From the NCBI GenBank assembly GCA_010093995.1, contig ML992501.1, forward strand, positions 330,227 to 394,226: a DNA stretch of 64,000 nt. Direction: 5' to 3'. Position numbers and translations under genes: made by a program. The DNA is from Elsinoe ampelina (lineage: Eukaryota). Of this stretch, positions 21,732 through 34,623 are shown in pieces (positions within the stretch are counted from its first letter, which is position 1; the number at the start of each line of letters is the position of its first letter). The notes below the pieces were generated by a model. The model was given only the letters and a program-made list of their open reading frames with translations, was not told the origin of the DNA and did no database searches.

Positions 21732-24363
21732 GGTGACTGTGTTCCAAAGACTATACTCTGATGATGAATGGGATTGGTGTTGATGGGAGTGAAGCAAAGT
21801 CGACAATGCTTCGGATGTGATGTTGTTGGTGAGGCAGAAGTCCTGAGGAATGTGGAAGTGAGGTATGTTTAAAACAGCTGTCGCCGTGCAGAACCTGCTT
21901 CTTGTTTGCGGCCACAACAATGAGAATCACGGGCAATATGACGACTGCGTGACGGAGAATTACTATGGTCGCGCACCTATTATTTCCAGCCGTAACCATT
22001 TCTGGCCCTGATACGGGATGCGAAACGCAGATAACATTCCGTATCTGGCTGGTAGGATTGATCACAAGCCAAAGCACCGATGGAACACAGGCTGGTGACC
22101 TCACAAGTACGACGCGCGGGATGTGAGATTAGGCGGACTGAGCAGCGCTGAAAAGGAGATTTGCATTCGAAGAAAGTTGGTCATTTGATGAAGACGGGAG
22201 AAAAGGTTGGATGCCATGACGATCGTTCCTTTTCGCGGTCGAACTGACGCCACAACGAGCCACACATGAATGCAGATCGGAACCTTGTCTCTAAAATATG
22301 TGGCTCATCGAGATCAATTCATTCAAAAGCCACTCGAAGGATTTCTGTCCAAACCGCGACGATCGTTGAATTAGCCACACGTCGAAGATGAGCGGGGATG
22401 AGGGAACAATGGCCGATGGTATAGATACATCTCTTGCTTCACTTCTTCGTGAGACTCTTCCTCTCGCTCTGCAACTCAGTGTGGTCGTCAACCACGGCTC
22501 GAAGACACCGATGACGCTCGCCAGCGGGCACAGACCCAACGCACAGGACGACATTAATATCGAGGAAGCTTAGCCCCGATACCTTTACAGTAATGGCGAC
22601 TCTTATACTGTATGCTTCAAGCGTAAAACTCCAGATGTGCCCTCTCTTGAAGTGCGTCAACAGGTAGGTGCAATATCCGCAATGGCCTGCGACGTCGCGA
22701 GACAGCCAGCTCCGAGTGTGACGGTGTTTCCTCGTCCATGCAGGAACTCAGGCACATAGCAAGCATGCCAGCGCATCGCACAAGACTCCGTCACCTCTCT
22801 CTTTTCAGCCGTGCCTTGCAGAAGTCACGACGTCTCTCGCAGCTCGCCGACAAAGACTTTATCGCTCGAAGAACGACCTCACCATTGCTATCTGGGCTAC
22901 CAAATACATCCATGTTCACACATGAGAATCTAAATCAATCACCAGACCACCTCACCTCACCACCTTTGACGTAGCCCTATCAAATCCCAAGAACCCCGAG
23001 CTCAACAACCCCAAGACCAAACCGCGCAAACATGACGACGCCCAAGTCCCCGCCGCTGATCCCACCCGCATGAGTCCCCAAGCTCCCATCCCATCACATC
23101 GCACCACAACAGCACGTCCCGTCCCTCCTCAAAGTCATGATCCGTCCATTTCTGGAAGACAAGATGCGTCGTGCACCTCTTCCCACACGAGAATAGCATC
23201 CCCTCGATCCCACTCGTCTCTGCCATCCACCTCTCATCACCCACACTCCATTGTCCTCTCCACATTCGAGTAGCTCCCGGGTGGTAATGAATAGACGGGC
23301 GCGCGAAGGTGAAGCTCCCACTACCATCCGCTCACCAAGGGTAGCGCGTACTTCTCCCGTCCCTCCCTCTGCGGAGTCTTGACGTGGGGGAGTGCCTTTT
23401 CCCTCGTCCTTGCCCCCTCATTGGTCAGTGGGATCGGGGCTATCTAAAAGATACCACAGGCGACCAATCAGGTTATTGATCCGAGGGGAGATTATGCTGA
23501 GCTGGGCCGTGGAGGGTGTGGTGGCTGGCGGGGAGATCGTGCGTCCTGTGCATTGTACACTTTGGGAGAATAGTCATGTAGGTATATTGATGCTTGATGG
23601 TAGGTCTTGCCTTCGGTACTATGGGGAGAAGGGAGGGGAGGGTTCGTGATATGAATCATTGAGCCTGGCTGATAGGTGGTAGGTGTTTCGGTACTGTAGA
23701 GGTTCGAGGTGAGGTACTCGTGTTGATCAGTGGCGATGACGGTATATGGTGTGGAGGGGGATGTGTGTGACCTGAACATTCTTTTCGTAGAGACTGTGTG
23801 GCGACATCAGATGTGGGACTATATGTAAGATGAGCATAATATGTGTGTGGTCGTTTCACCACATCGTCACGCCATGTTCGAGTCAAAACCTCAGAGAAGT
23901 GGTGAGATGTGCTGAAGTGTGGTAGTGTCAAGCAGCATCGCCGCTTACATTCGAGCAGAGCTGAGCTAGATATCTCCCTCTTGACTGTCATCCACGACGC
24001 AGTCTGATGTCTTCCATGCCCCATGCTACATGCGTCTCTCCCGACTACATCCTTCCTATATCCATACAAGTAAATCCAAGCACCATTCCCATTCGCATCA
24101 AGGGGTATCGTCCGCACCCCTGCCCGTCCTACCAGGTCCGCCGATCACTACCAGTGTCCAATGCCAAAAAAAATCGTAGCCCGTTCGGTGCTCATGCTCA
24201 TGCTTTCGAGTTTCTTATGATGTTTCGTGCCCAAGTGAAGCGCCCTGCTATGCCTTGCAATGCCATGCCTATGCCAACAAACAGTAAAGGAAAAACTTTT
24301 TTCTGGGGTTGAGTGGAATGCTGTGGTGTTCGTTCGGTCGTTATAGATGTAGCCAGAGAAGGC

Positions 24364-24846
24364 TTAGTGTCCGTCCGCGAAAGAGCGGATGGTGGTCGAG
24401 GTCAAGTGCTTGCCTGCTGGAAGAGACTTTCGGCGTTGATCTCGGGTGCGGTCGAAGGCGTTGAAGTAGCTTGAGAGCTCCTTGGCAGTCTGCTCTGATG
24501 CCTCGGGGGTGGAGACATTGGAGATGAGTGAGGAGCGGGAGGAAGATGGTGACAAGACTCGTTGAGGGGAGTGGTAGTTCGCAGACTTGCTGTAGTGGTG
24601 GTGAGTTGTCTTTGAGAGACTACTTGAGCTTGAGGACTTGGTCGGTGGCGGCGGGTATTTAGATGGTGGTTGGTGGAAGTTGGTGGGGAAGATGAATTGA
24701 TATGGTGATCCTGAGTGAGAGTGGATAGGCGAGGATGGCACTGAGCCAGAGCGTTCGATATCTGACATTCGGCAGGCTTCTGAGCAGTAGAAACCAGTGG
24801 TGACTTGGTTGTCACAGCCAAGGCAAAAGTCTGGGAAGCAATCCAT
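24364..24846 (-). CDS. ecl1: Ecl1-like (extender of chronological lifespan) zinc-binding protein
   Basis: N-terminal FCLGCD...YCSEACRMSD (CxxC...CSxxC) followed by an S/H/P-rich tail with LSPSSSRSSL and ELSSYFNAFD. Confidence 0.82.
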   Translation of the reverse strand: MDCFPDFCLGCDNQVTTGFYCSEACRMSDIERSGSVPSSPIHSHSGSPYQFIFPTNFHQPPSKYPPPPTKSSSSSSLSKTTHHHYSKSANYHSPQRVLSPSSSRSSLISNVSTPEASEQTAKELSSYFNAFDRTRDQRRKSLPAGKHLTSTTIRSFADGH

Positions 24847-27800
24847 GGTGACGTTGAGGATATGTGAAGAAGTGTAGATCCGGAAGATGAGTATTATATG
24901 TCTGCTAGTCGACAACAGGCAGATGTATTCGTAATAGATGGCGTGCTGTTGACAAGAATGATAGGTTGAATGGTGAGATATTCTTGTAGATGACCAAAAG
25001 TCCAGGTGACACCAAGTCTATGGAGGACTGGTGACCTCTTGAGTATTGAAATTGATGGTGCAATATGAGACAAGGAATGGCAGGGTATATGATGGAAAGA
25101 AGAGTGGAGTAAGCAAGGGAGGGCACGGATTGGAAACCTGCTTGAACGGCTCGCATTCCAGTGCAGGTACGAGGGCGAATGAGCAGCTAGGATCGCCGCA
25201 TGGTGCGTATGAGGAGTTTGACTACGGCCCATCCGGGCTGGCTGGGCTAAGTGGGGGGGGGTACGAGAATACGAGCAGGGCGCTGTATGGAGGGCGCCTG
25301 TGCGAATTTGATGGGCGTGGGATGGTTGGAAAGATGGCGAGTTCTTGCGCAAGAGGTCCGGGCCAAGAGGGTCCCGGCGTGCATTAGCTCTTTCATTTCG
25401 GTCGCTTGTCTGACTCGGGCCAAACACCATGATCACCTACAGAGTGTGGGGGCGATCCGAAGCGCGAGTTTCAACCAAAGAGAAGGATAGATGACAAGTC
25501 GTCTAGACCTTGCTTGTCGATGGGGTGAGAATGTCAAGGTTGGCGACAAGGTGATGAGAGAGGAATGAAACGGCATCGTAGCTCAACTACCAGTCCACTA
25601 GACCGTGGACTTCTGTCAAAAGAGTTTTCGAGCTCCTTCTCCAGGCAAACTGCAGAGCCGGATCGTCCGCTTGGACAATTGGTTGGCCTGTGGGTGAGGA
25701 ATTGGCAGCAGGACCCAGAAAGGCTTGTGCGTGCATCAATAAACGCCTGCTGAGCTCACCAGATGGTCCATACTCATGCCTCCCCCAGGAACCCCTACAT
25801 GCAGACGAAGCAAACAGTCCATTGCCGTCCTTGGTCAAACGGTCGTTCATGGGGCTGTCATGCAATTTCTTACATAAGTGGACGCCAGGAATGGACAGAG
25901 ATGAAGGGTCATGAGCTTGCATGTCTCGGTTGGGATGCCATCATGACCATGCCAGGACGGGAATGGCGCGAGGGCTGAACAAGAAGGATTCAAAGAGGGG
26001 AGAGCTCGACGGACGAGCTGCAAGCAGATTTGCAAGCAGATCTGACCTCTCAAGTCGTGACGATGCTAGCGGGTCCGCTAAGGCAGATCTCCACTTTTGC
26101 ATGTGTTTCGAAAATTGGGGAAGCTATTGTATCGCCCCCTTGCTGAGGCCGCGAATTTTGGCGATGCTGGCTGATAAGCATGCTAGATACGTCTTCTGAT
26201 ATCGAGGCTTGATAGATGTGATGTCTGGTGATGAACTGACTCTTGCAAGCTTGGTGATCGACACCGAAAAGATTTTTCGCTGCGGCCTGTGCGTCGACGT
26301 CGACTCCGACTGCAGCTCCTGCTGAACTAAGCCTCGTGGGCCCAAGGGCCTCGTCCGACTCGTCCCCAAGGCGTCATCTTGTGCGACTACGACCAACCCT
26401 CTGCATCTCTCCGGCCGTATCCTTGTCGCTGCATGCACGTCTGCTGCACTCCTCCATCGGGTGCCTTTCAGCTGGGTTTTGGCCATTGGCATCGGATCAC
26501 GGCTGTTGGATCTCTTTGTCCATTTCTGCAGGAGACGGTATGGGAATTATCTGCCCGGCATTGTCCGTCTATCGTCGACAGCGCTGCAAATCCCGTCTAT
26601 AGCTCCGAAGCTGACTCGGTGCTGTCTGGTACCTTTGTGGTTACGATCTGCTCGAGCCTACTCAAGCAAACAGCACCCAGCTGAGGAAATCAGGCCACCT
26701 GTGCTGCAAAACATCATACCATTCACTTTCACCAGGCATCGATGCCGCCTGGACGGGCCAGGACTGCGCCACGGGAATAGAAACTGCGCTGTCCCTTGTC
26801 CATCAATGTCCTGCCTCCGAACACTACCAGCTCCACGAGCTCTCCGCCCAGCTGTAGGGTTACCTCCAAGCAACAACAACAACTCGCTCAATATCTCCTA
26901 TTTGTCTTTGTTCCTCCCTCCCAAGCATGAGGTAGGTAGTGACTTGACAGGGTACAGCCCTTCCTGCATGCCCAGTCCATTTTGCCTCGCTTCAGGAATG
27001 CGCGGAAGGGCGCAACCATCCGGCCTCCGTCTCTGGGGCATGAAACTTTATATTCGAACTTCTTGAGCTCTACGTACGGTTTCTTTTTTGTGGTTAGTCT
27101 GGTAGATAGGATGCTCCGGATCGATAGTGAAAGCAACGGCCACATTGTTGCTGTTTCGCATCAATGCTGTCGGGCCGATGCTGAACGCCTTGTCGACAGC
27201 TAGCGAAATGGCTCCGAGGTTGTGCATGCTTGAAGCACCCCCTAGTCCTCCACAGGGGCCGCGACGCCTTGATCCATTGCCATTCAGCAGACTCATACCA
27301 TTGACCGGATCCGCCGAGCGCTCGTACCCATCACTCACACAAAGCTCTGTACAGGCTGTACCCCGATACTCTTTCCCAATGGCCTCTGAACGAGGTGTGG
27401 TCCGTGGCGTCAACTGCAAGGAACACTCTGCCGTTCCTGCACATTACTCCCGAGACGACCTGCATCATTCAATGGCTTAGCGAAATGCCTTCGTACAGCC
27501 AGGCAAGTCTCCCGAGTCTATCATAGCCTACTGTCTTCGGCAGAGATCGAAGTCATTCCAACCAGGGCACATGTGTAGAGTCAGTCCAGTGTCCCCCGAA
27601 GAATGAGACTCTGGTGGATAAAGTACAGAGCGCTACGATCATTGCCGACGAGGTAGACTCCAGCACAAGCGTGTGCTGGCTCTACAGGATCGCTTGTCGA
27701 GTTCGGGCTTGAGGGATCGCAGCGTTCTCGGTTGCTTGCCCACTTTCATTGGGATATTGCATGTTGTGGTAAGTGGTCAGGCGTGGTTTGGCGACAAGAC

Positions 27801-29213
27801 CCCGTGGTCTTCTACTGGGTACCGATGCACAGGGCCACAACATCCTGCAGTAAGAGGAAAGATGTGATTTGCAAAGTCTGCAAAAAGGCCATGGTGAAGC
27901 AGCTTGGGGATATCTTGTACGAAAATGACCTGGCCGTCGGGTCTGTGTTACCTACATCGGAACGACGCAGGGCGCGTCCATAATACATAACGTGATACTA
28001 CTACATGACTTGTGGCAAAAGCAAGAAACAGCTGGCAATGAAATGGAACCTCACAGCAAGTCGCAGGACAGGGTTTTACATACGCATAGGTTTGACCAAA
28101 AACAAATCACAAGTGCGTCAACTTCGCATTGTGTAGGTGACTAGCAAAATGCTGTGCCCCTCTGTACTGTTTGTGGTGAAGAAAGCGAAATGTAAGAAGC
28201 CAAAAAGAGGCTGTCACAAAAGTTGCGCAGCCCGGTAATCGAAACCGGTCCTCGAGTAGACGGATTTTGGGAAACTCGAATTCTACCATTAAACTAACCG
28301 CGCGGATTCCGTTTCAGGAGGTTGGAAAATATATATAGTTGTGGTCTTTTTCGTACAGAGAGGCGATAAACAATTCTCCTGATACACCTCAATTGCAGTG
28401 CCTTCATGTTCGCCAGTGATAGACATCTGTCCTCAGAACCCATTGCGATTGTCCGTTGAATTAAGCATCTGTCTGCAGCTCGTGGGGAATGAGATGGTGC
28501 CGCTGTTCATCCGACCCCGAAGCTACCCCAACTTCAACCACGCGCTAGCACCCACGCTCGCAGATGCGATAACGCTAAGGATCACTCGGCATGCAATCTG
28601 CGCAGACTCGGGCTCAGGCGTGGAACATGCGTTGCCAGCTGGCAATTTCGTATCCTCCCCAAAGTGATATCAAGTATACTTTTGATACTGATCGACAAGA
28701 CTACTCTCAACCACATCCCATGCTCCCAGGCACGAATTTATACAAAACTACTTGATTTTTTGTACAGTACCCACGACCTCGTCACCCATGCCTTACTAAC
28801 GACTTCATCTGGCAACAATAGCGCCGCCACAATCCACCAGCCATCCGGTCAGCTGGCACTAACTTACGCGAGACAACTCCCACACCTGCCTGACTCCGCC
28901 GTGCCGTATTTTATAACACTTCCCAGGCACGCAGCCCATCCCAAAAACGCCACCGATGTCGAAATGCGCTATCCCCCCCGCATTTCTGACCCTTGGCTTC
29001 AATAGCTGCATCACACCATCTCCGAATCGTGGCGCCATCCAGGCCGTCCAATATGTCGCACAGACCTTAGCGGCGTTGTGCCGGAGACCGAGCCCGTCAG
29101 AGTGTGCTATTCTGCGTTGTGCAGATTGTGCTTCATGTAGAGGAGGCTGGAGCGATAAGCCCATGTGGGTCGAGCCCATCCATGTTGCGACACCCGCACC
29201 GAGAGCATGGTCA

Positions 29214-30158
29214 TCACTTCTTGCGCTGGCGCTTGCGTGCTGGTTTGGGATCCTGCAAGCGATTGTCTCCGGCGGGCTTCGAGGGCCTGGACGCATTCAG
29301 GTCGCCATGCCACGTGCTGAGTTCAACTTCAGACGTCTCGTCATCCCATCGTGCGATCGCTTCTGTACCAGTGCTTCTTTGACGCAGCCATTCAGCTGCT
29401 ATCTGGCCCGTCTTTGCTCGCATGGTGGCCACCCCACGCTTTTGCTTCAGGCTCATGGAATGGTCGGCTCCGCTAACTATCAGGGACCATGTTTTGGCTG
29501 TCATCTTCCGGCGGATTTCGAGGAGCTTCGGGAGGTGGCACATCTTATCGCTGTCACCTGTGATGAAGAGCACGTCGATGCTTTCTGGTATGGCGAGCAG
29601 GATGTCCTCCCGAGAATCTCCGCCGCGTTCGCTGGTCATAGGGAACGAGACAAGGATGAGTGCTTGGATCCTGTTTGGGTGCTCGGTGGCGGTAATGGTC
29701 GCCGCACGTGCTCCCATCGACCTGCCTCCGAGAGCTATCGCACTGCTTTCGTTCTCGAGGACTGCATTGAAGCACTTTACTCTGTTCTTGAGATTCATGG
29801 TTCCCTGAAAGCACAGAACGGGGCTGGCAGTAGCATAGCCGCGAGCGAACTCGGCGGTTGCTGGATTGGCGATACCTCCTCCTGCTCCATGCGTGAATAT
29901 CAAAGATGTACTACGAGCATCATCACCATTCAGTCGTGGTCCGAGGTGCCTTTGGCAGATGATGAATTTGTCGTTAAAGGGAAGTTTTAATGTACCCTCG
30001 TCTTTTTGATCCTTACCTTCGCTGCCATCTAGTCGCGAACCCCCGTTCATGCCACCTAGCACAGATTTGCTAAGGTCGACTGCTGTGTCTTCTCCATCAT
30101 GGTCGCTGTGCTTCTGCTCCTTGGCGGATTTGCTCCGCTTGCTTCGGCGGGGAGGCAT
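29214..30158 (-). CDS. Tex30/KANSL3-like alpha/beta hydrolase
   Basis: LIFTHGAGG, nucleophile elbow GGRSMGARAA, LVSFPM, LFITGDSD.MC, GADHSM; basic NLS-like termini. Confidence 0.85.
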   Translation of the reverse strand: MPPRRSKRSKSAKEQKHSDHDGEDTAVDLSKSVLGGMNGGSRLDGSEGKDQKDEGTLKLPFNDKFIICQRHLGPRLNGDDARSTSLIFTHGAGGGIANPATAEFARGYATASPVLCFQGTMNLKNRVKCFNAVLENESSAIALGGRSMGARAATITATEHPNRIQALILVSFPMTSERGGDSREDILLAIPESIDVLFITGDSDKMCHLPKLLEIRRKMTAKTWSLIVSGADHSMSLKQKRGVATMRAKTGQIAAEWLRQRSTGTEAIARWDDETSEVELSTWHGDLNASRPSKPAGDNRLQDPKPARKRQRKK

Positions 30159-30291
30159 GAGCTGTCGGTAGAACCACCAGATACCCAAGGAGATGACAAA
30201 TGTGCGGACTTGAAATCTATCAAGCTGGACATTCACAGAATACTTGTGGCTTTCGTTTTGGGACCTCTTCATGAAGCTGATCATGACATCA

Positions 30292-30315
30292 CCGCGTTTT
30301 TCGCGTTTTCGCGTA
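30292..30315 (-). promoter_or_regulatory. Triple ACGCG (MCB/SCB-like) cluster upstream of the Tex30-like gene
   Basis: Minus strand reads TACGCGAAAACGCGAAAAACGCGG, about 135-155 bp upstream of ATG 30158. Confidence 0.5.
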
Positions 30316-30807
30316 AATTGAGCTGACTAAACATTGGAAGTGCCTTTCTTGAGGGTCAATTTGACCTGAGTTCCTCTTCAACCACCAGAATATCTCGACA
30401 TCTCGAGTGTTAACTTGTACCTGCCTCTGACGGCGCATTCGAGCATCAGTGTGAGGTATTCGTCCTTCGTCAGTGGCTCGTGTGTCCATCCAGAATCGCA
30501 AGGCCAGCAGTGTCAGGTAGGATGGCGTCTCGGCCAATCAGAAGCAGCTCTAAGATCTCACTCCCTCTCCTATTACTGCTTTCGGTAAACAGTCTGTTGC
30601 TTTTGAGCACTTTTTGATGGTACGAATAAAGATAGGTTGCGGCCATGATCCGGCTGTTGTCAGCAAATTGTCTTTTACGCTTTGCAGTAAACAGTATGTT
30701 TGCTCGCTGGTGGCCTGGAATCCCTTGTCGAGCACGAAGCTATGCTATAAGTGAGCGAGCAAGTATACTACCAGCATTGGCTATGCATCTAGATCCTTTG
30801 GTCCAGC

Positions 30808-32495
30808 ATGGCGGGATATGATCTTCTGGCAACACTGATTTTGGCCTTAATCGCCTTTTCATTCCTAAAGTACTTGTATCGCCTGACGCTTCATCCTCTT
30901 GCCAGATTTCCCGGTCCGCTCCTAGCTCGCATTACGAACTTGTGGGCAGCCTCATACGACGTCCCAGGCTCAGACTCACTCATCAAGCACCTCCACAAGC
31001 TTCATGAGCAGTATGGTCCGATCGTCCGTGTCAGGCCAGGCGAGCTGCATGTCTTCGACTGGGATTCCTACCAGGCCGTGTTCAAGAGCAGCAAGTTTGC
31101 AAAGGATCCGGCACTGTACAATGCTCCACAAGTCCAGGGCAGCATCTTCAACGTGGTAGACGCCAAAGAGGTCAAGCCGCATCGGGATCTGTACACACCA
31201 TACTTCAACAAGGCAGCCATAAATTCTCTGGAAGGTCTGGTACATGAGAAGCTCTCCATATTCCTCGACAAGCTGGACGATGCTGCGACGGAGGAGAAGA
31301 CGGTCAAGATCAATGTCGGATACAGTTGCTTCTTTGCGGACGTGGTCATGTACTACTGCTATCGCAAGGACCTTGGAGCATTGCAGTCGCCTGACTTCAA
31401 ACTACCACTGATCAAGAACATGGAGAACTTTGCCGGGCTTGTACCGTTCTTCAACTACTTTCCTTTAGTGGGAGCGGTCATGTTCATTTTCGTCCAGCTT
31501 TTGCCGATGACTCTACGACGGAAGTTCTTCCCAGAGGCAGTCAGTATGGGCGATATGGTAAATGTGAGACAACAACAATAGTGTTCAACGTGAAGCGTAG
31601 CCCTAACAAAACTACCAGGAATGTCACAGCAGAGTTAAGGAGCTCGCCATGTCCAAAGAGGAGGCAAAGTCATCATCCATCTTCGGCAACGCCCTCAATC
31701 CGACGGAAGATCAGTACATCGCAAGCTTGCCAGAGCTGTCCGCTGACGCAGTGTTGTTCTTCCTCGCCGGAACAGACACATCGTCCAACACTTTGACCGC
31801 CGGCACATGGGGCTTGCTGCAGAATCCGGCAGCCATGGAAAGACTACGAAAGGAGCTTCGGCGTGCCATACCGGACGGGAAGAGTCTTGTGAACTCAACA
31901 GAACTGGAAAAGCTGCCATACCTGGTAAATAACTTCTTTCAACTACCAGCCTCATACTGACCGCGATCACAGCGGGCAGTAGTGAAAGAGAGTCTCCGCA
32001 TGGGTCTCGGTGCATGTGCTCGGCTTTCGCGGATAGTTCCACCAGGTGGCGCCGTACTCTGTGGGCAGCATATCCCAGGCGGCGTAAGTATGACCATACC
32101 TGACATGATCAACACTAAGCCGATGTCAGACATCTGTATCTTTCTCAGCTTACGTATACAACTACGACCCCAGCATCTCCACCAACCCATTCAAGTTCGA
32201 CCCAGACAGATGGCTGGTCGATGACACCAGCGAGCTGGATTCGAGAATGATAAGCTTCTCCAAAGGGCCAAGATCGTGTCTCGGAATCAAGTAGGTCTGG
32301 TAGTACCCGCGGATGACGACGATACTGACGAGCCACAGTCTTGCAAATGCCGAGATCATCAATGCATTTGCTCACATCTTTCGAAGATTCGGAATGATCA
32401 ATGCTGGCACCACGGATGCTGACATGGACTTTAAGGATTGCTTCACCCGGAGATGGAATGGTTCATTGAAAGTCAAATTGAGGAGAATGGTATAA
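30808..32495 (+). CDS. Cytochrome P450 monooxygenase (five exons)
   Basis: N-terminal TM helix plus HPLARFPGP, AGTDTS (I-helix), KESLR (ExxR), FDPDRW (PERF-like), heme motif FSKGPRSCLG; introns 31564-31618, 31925-31972, 32084-32129, 32291-32338. Confidence 0.92.
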
Positions 32496-33476
32496 CGGTC
32501 GTGCAGGGGTACTCCAGGGGGTGAGGTACTGTACAAGCGGCGTCGAAATGAGGCAGTTGTCAGGCTTGTGAGATGCAGAGGTAAACACTATCGTGCTCTC
32601 ACAGTCGACCTGCAATGGCGATGTGTTAATTTGGAATGGAAATGTCCCCGAAAGAGGGTGCTCAGCCTCAATCTCCGTACCAAAACGTCCAGCCATCGTC
32701 TTTGCCAAGACGGTCACCTTTCCTTCCGTCCTTTGAAGGTTCCTCTCCGCCATCCAGTCATGCATGACAAACATTCCTGTATGTGATTGCCTTGGCAGAG
32801 AGGCGTTGAACTTCACTGAGCGGTCTGGTAGGGTTGAGTGTCATCGGCTTCTCTCTCTCCGAGCTGCCAATGCTGGGCGTCTTCGATGTCTCAGTTGAAG
32901 CCGTGCAGAGTGCATCACACGCAGCCACTCACGACACCAGAACCTACCAGGACCTTGTACAGCATTAGCTACCGGCATGACGATCGAATCCGACAACCAC
33001 ATGGCCCCGTATGCAGCGGCAGATCCGGGGCGCTGTCACCCATAACCCTGGTGCAGAAATCAATGCCCAGCTCCACCGCTGCACCTTTAGCGGAAGCGAT
33101 CTTCACCGTCTGCCTCAAATTGAACTTGCTCTTTCACTTTAGGACGGTTGTGGAAAGGCATCATGCCCGTTTTGTCAGACACCCAAGGAGAGATCTTCCA
33201 TCTGCAGCGGAAGCCTCATTGCTTGGCTTGTTATTGCTGCTTGCATGCTTCGTCTCTGACGTCGCTCTACGAACGCAAAGTCTTGGACAATTGGACGGCA
33301 GGTACGAATTCCATTACAGGCGGAAAGTGCGTCGATGAACGTTGTGGTATAAGTAAAGTCTCCTTGCCATTCATTTCATTACCATTCCACCATCATCAGA
33401 CATCAACAAACTACCAGTCCTACATAAGTCTTTAATATTCCAACCATCGTCAATCGTCCAGACCAAATCAGCCACA

Positions 33477-34259
33477 ATGAAGTTCACCGCCGCAACTCTC
33501 GCTTCTCTGGCAGCTGTCGCCGCTGCCCTTCCGGCTGACATTGACTACACTCCAAAGGGTATGCGACACTCTCCCGGTGTCTACTAACACAGCTAACACT
33601 TCTCAGGTGGTTGGGGCTCTGTCGACTACAGCAAGGTTGACTGGTCCAAGGTTGACTGGAACAAGATTGATTGGACCAAGGTCGCCTACCCCCCAGGCAC
33701 TGGATCTAACCTGCCTTCATATCCACCGGGCACCGGTGAGAATCTTGGATCATACCCTCCCACCAGTGGTTCGGGCGCCGCTGCCCCAGCTGTCGGCTCC
33801 CCATTCACCTTCACCTCCTATTACGAAGTCAAAGCCACTCCCGAGCAGGTCGTGAACGGTACCACCCCAACCGGTGGTCTCGCCGGCGCCTCAGGCTTGT
33901 ACAAGCTCGCCTTCAACTCGGCCGAGAACGTCGTGTGCTATAACATCACACTGTACAACTTCAACGACAACTACGTTTCACCAGCCGTGACCGCCACCCA
34001 CATCCACGAGGCAGCCCGCGCCGCCTCCGGTCCTCCACGCATCGCCTTTCCCAACCCGACCGACATTGGTGGCGGTCTGAGGAGGAGCATCGGCTGCATC
34101 CAAGGTCCATTCAGGACCGGCATCAACGACACCGTCACTGGTCTTGACACTGGCAATGGCTTCACCGTTTCCAAGATCGAGGCCAATCCAGCCGGTTTCT
34201 TCGCCGATGTACACTCCAGCCGTGCCGTCCCTGGTGCTGTCCGTGGCCAGCTGGCGTAG
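33477..34259 (+). CDS. Secreted CHRD-domain protein; exons 33477-33558, 33607-34259
   Basis: Signal peptide MKFTAATLASLAAVAAALP; intron 33559-33606; CHRD motifs ATPEQVVN, CYNITL, SPAVTATHIHEA, FFADVHS...GAVRGQL. Confidence 0.88.
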
Positions 34260-34623
34260 GTAATGGTCAGGGGAGGTGTTGTCGAGGTGTAATGGGTCGC
34301 TCTTTTCTTATGACGATACGGCCTTTTGTGGCGGAGACTTGTACATTACATTGCATGCGGCTTTGAGCTGCTGATACCAGAAGTAGTGCCTAATTTCACA
34401 TACCTACCAAACATTTCCTCCAGCTATTGCAATGTGACCGTATCAGCTCAGAGTTACACAGGGTCGTAGCCATCGTCTTCTTGGCGTGAACAAATGACTT
34501 TGGTGGTCACGAGATCACACCAAAAGTCTCGTGCATAGTTGGCGACTCGCGGTCTTCTTCTTCGGGAGACACGATGCTTTCATGACTGATCGTTCGACGC
34601 ATGGAGACGGAGAAAGGTATTCA

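Noticed and set aside
22980..23790. Possible decayed minus-strand gene (ORF 23492-23779 and fragments)
   Set aside because: Multiple stops and no family motif; the pattern is explained by the local C/G skew island.
28956..29990. 344-aa plus-strand ORF
   Set aside because: Antisense shadow of the Tex30-like hydrolase.
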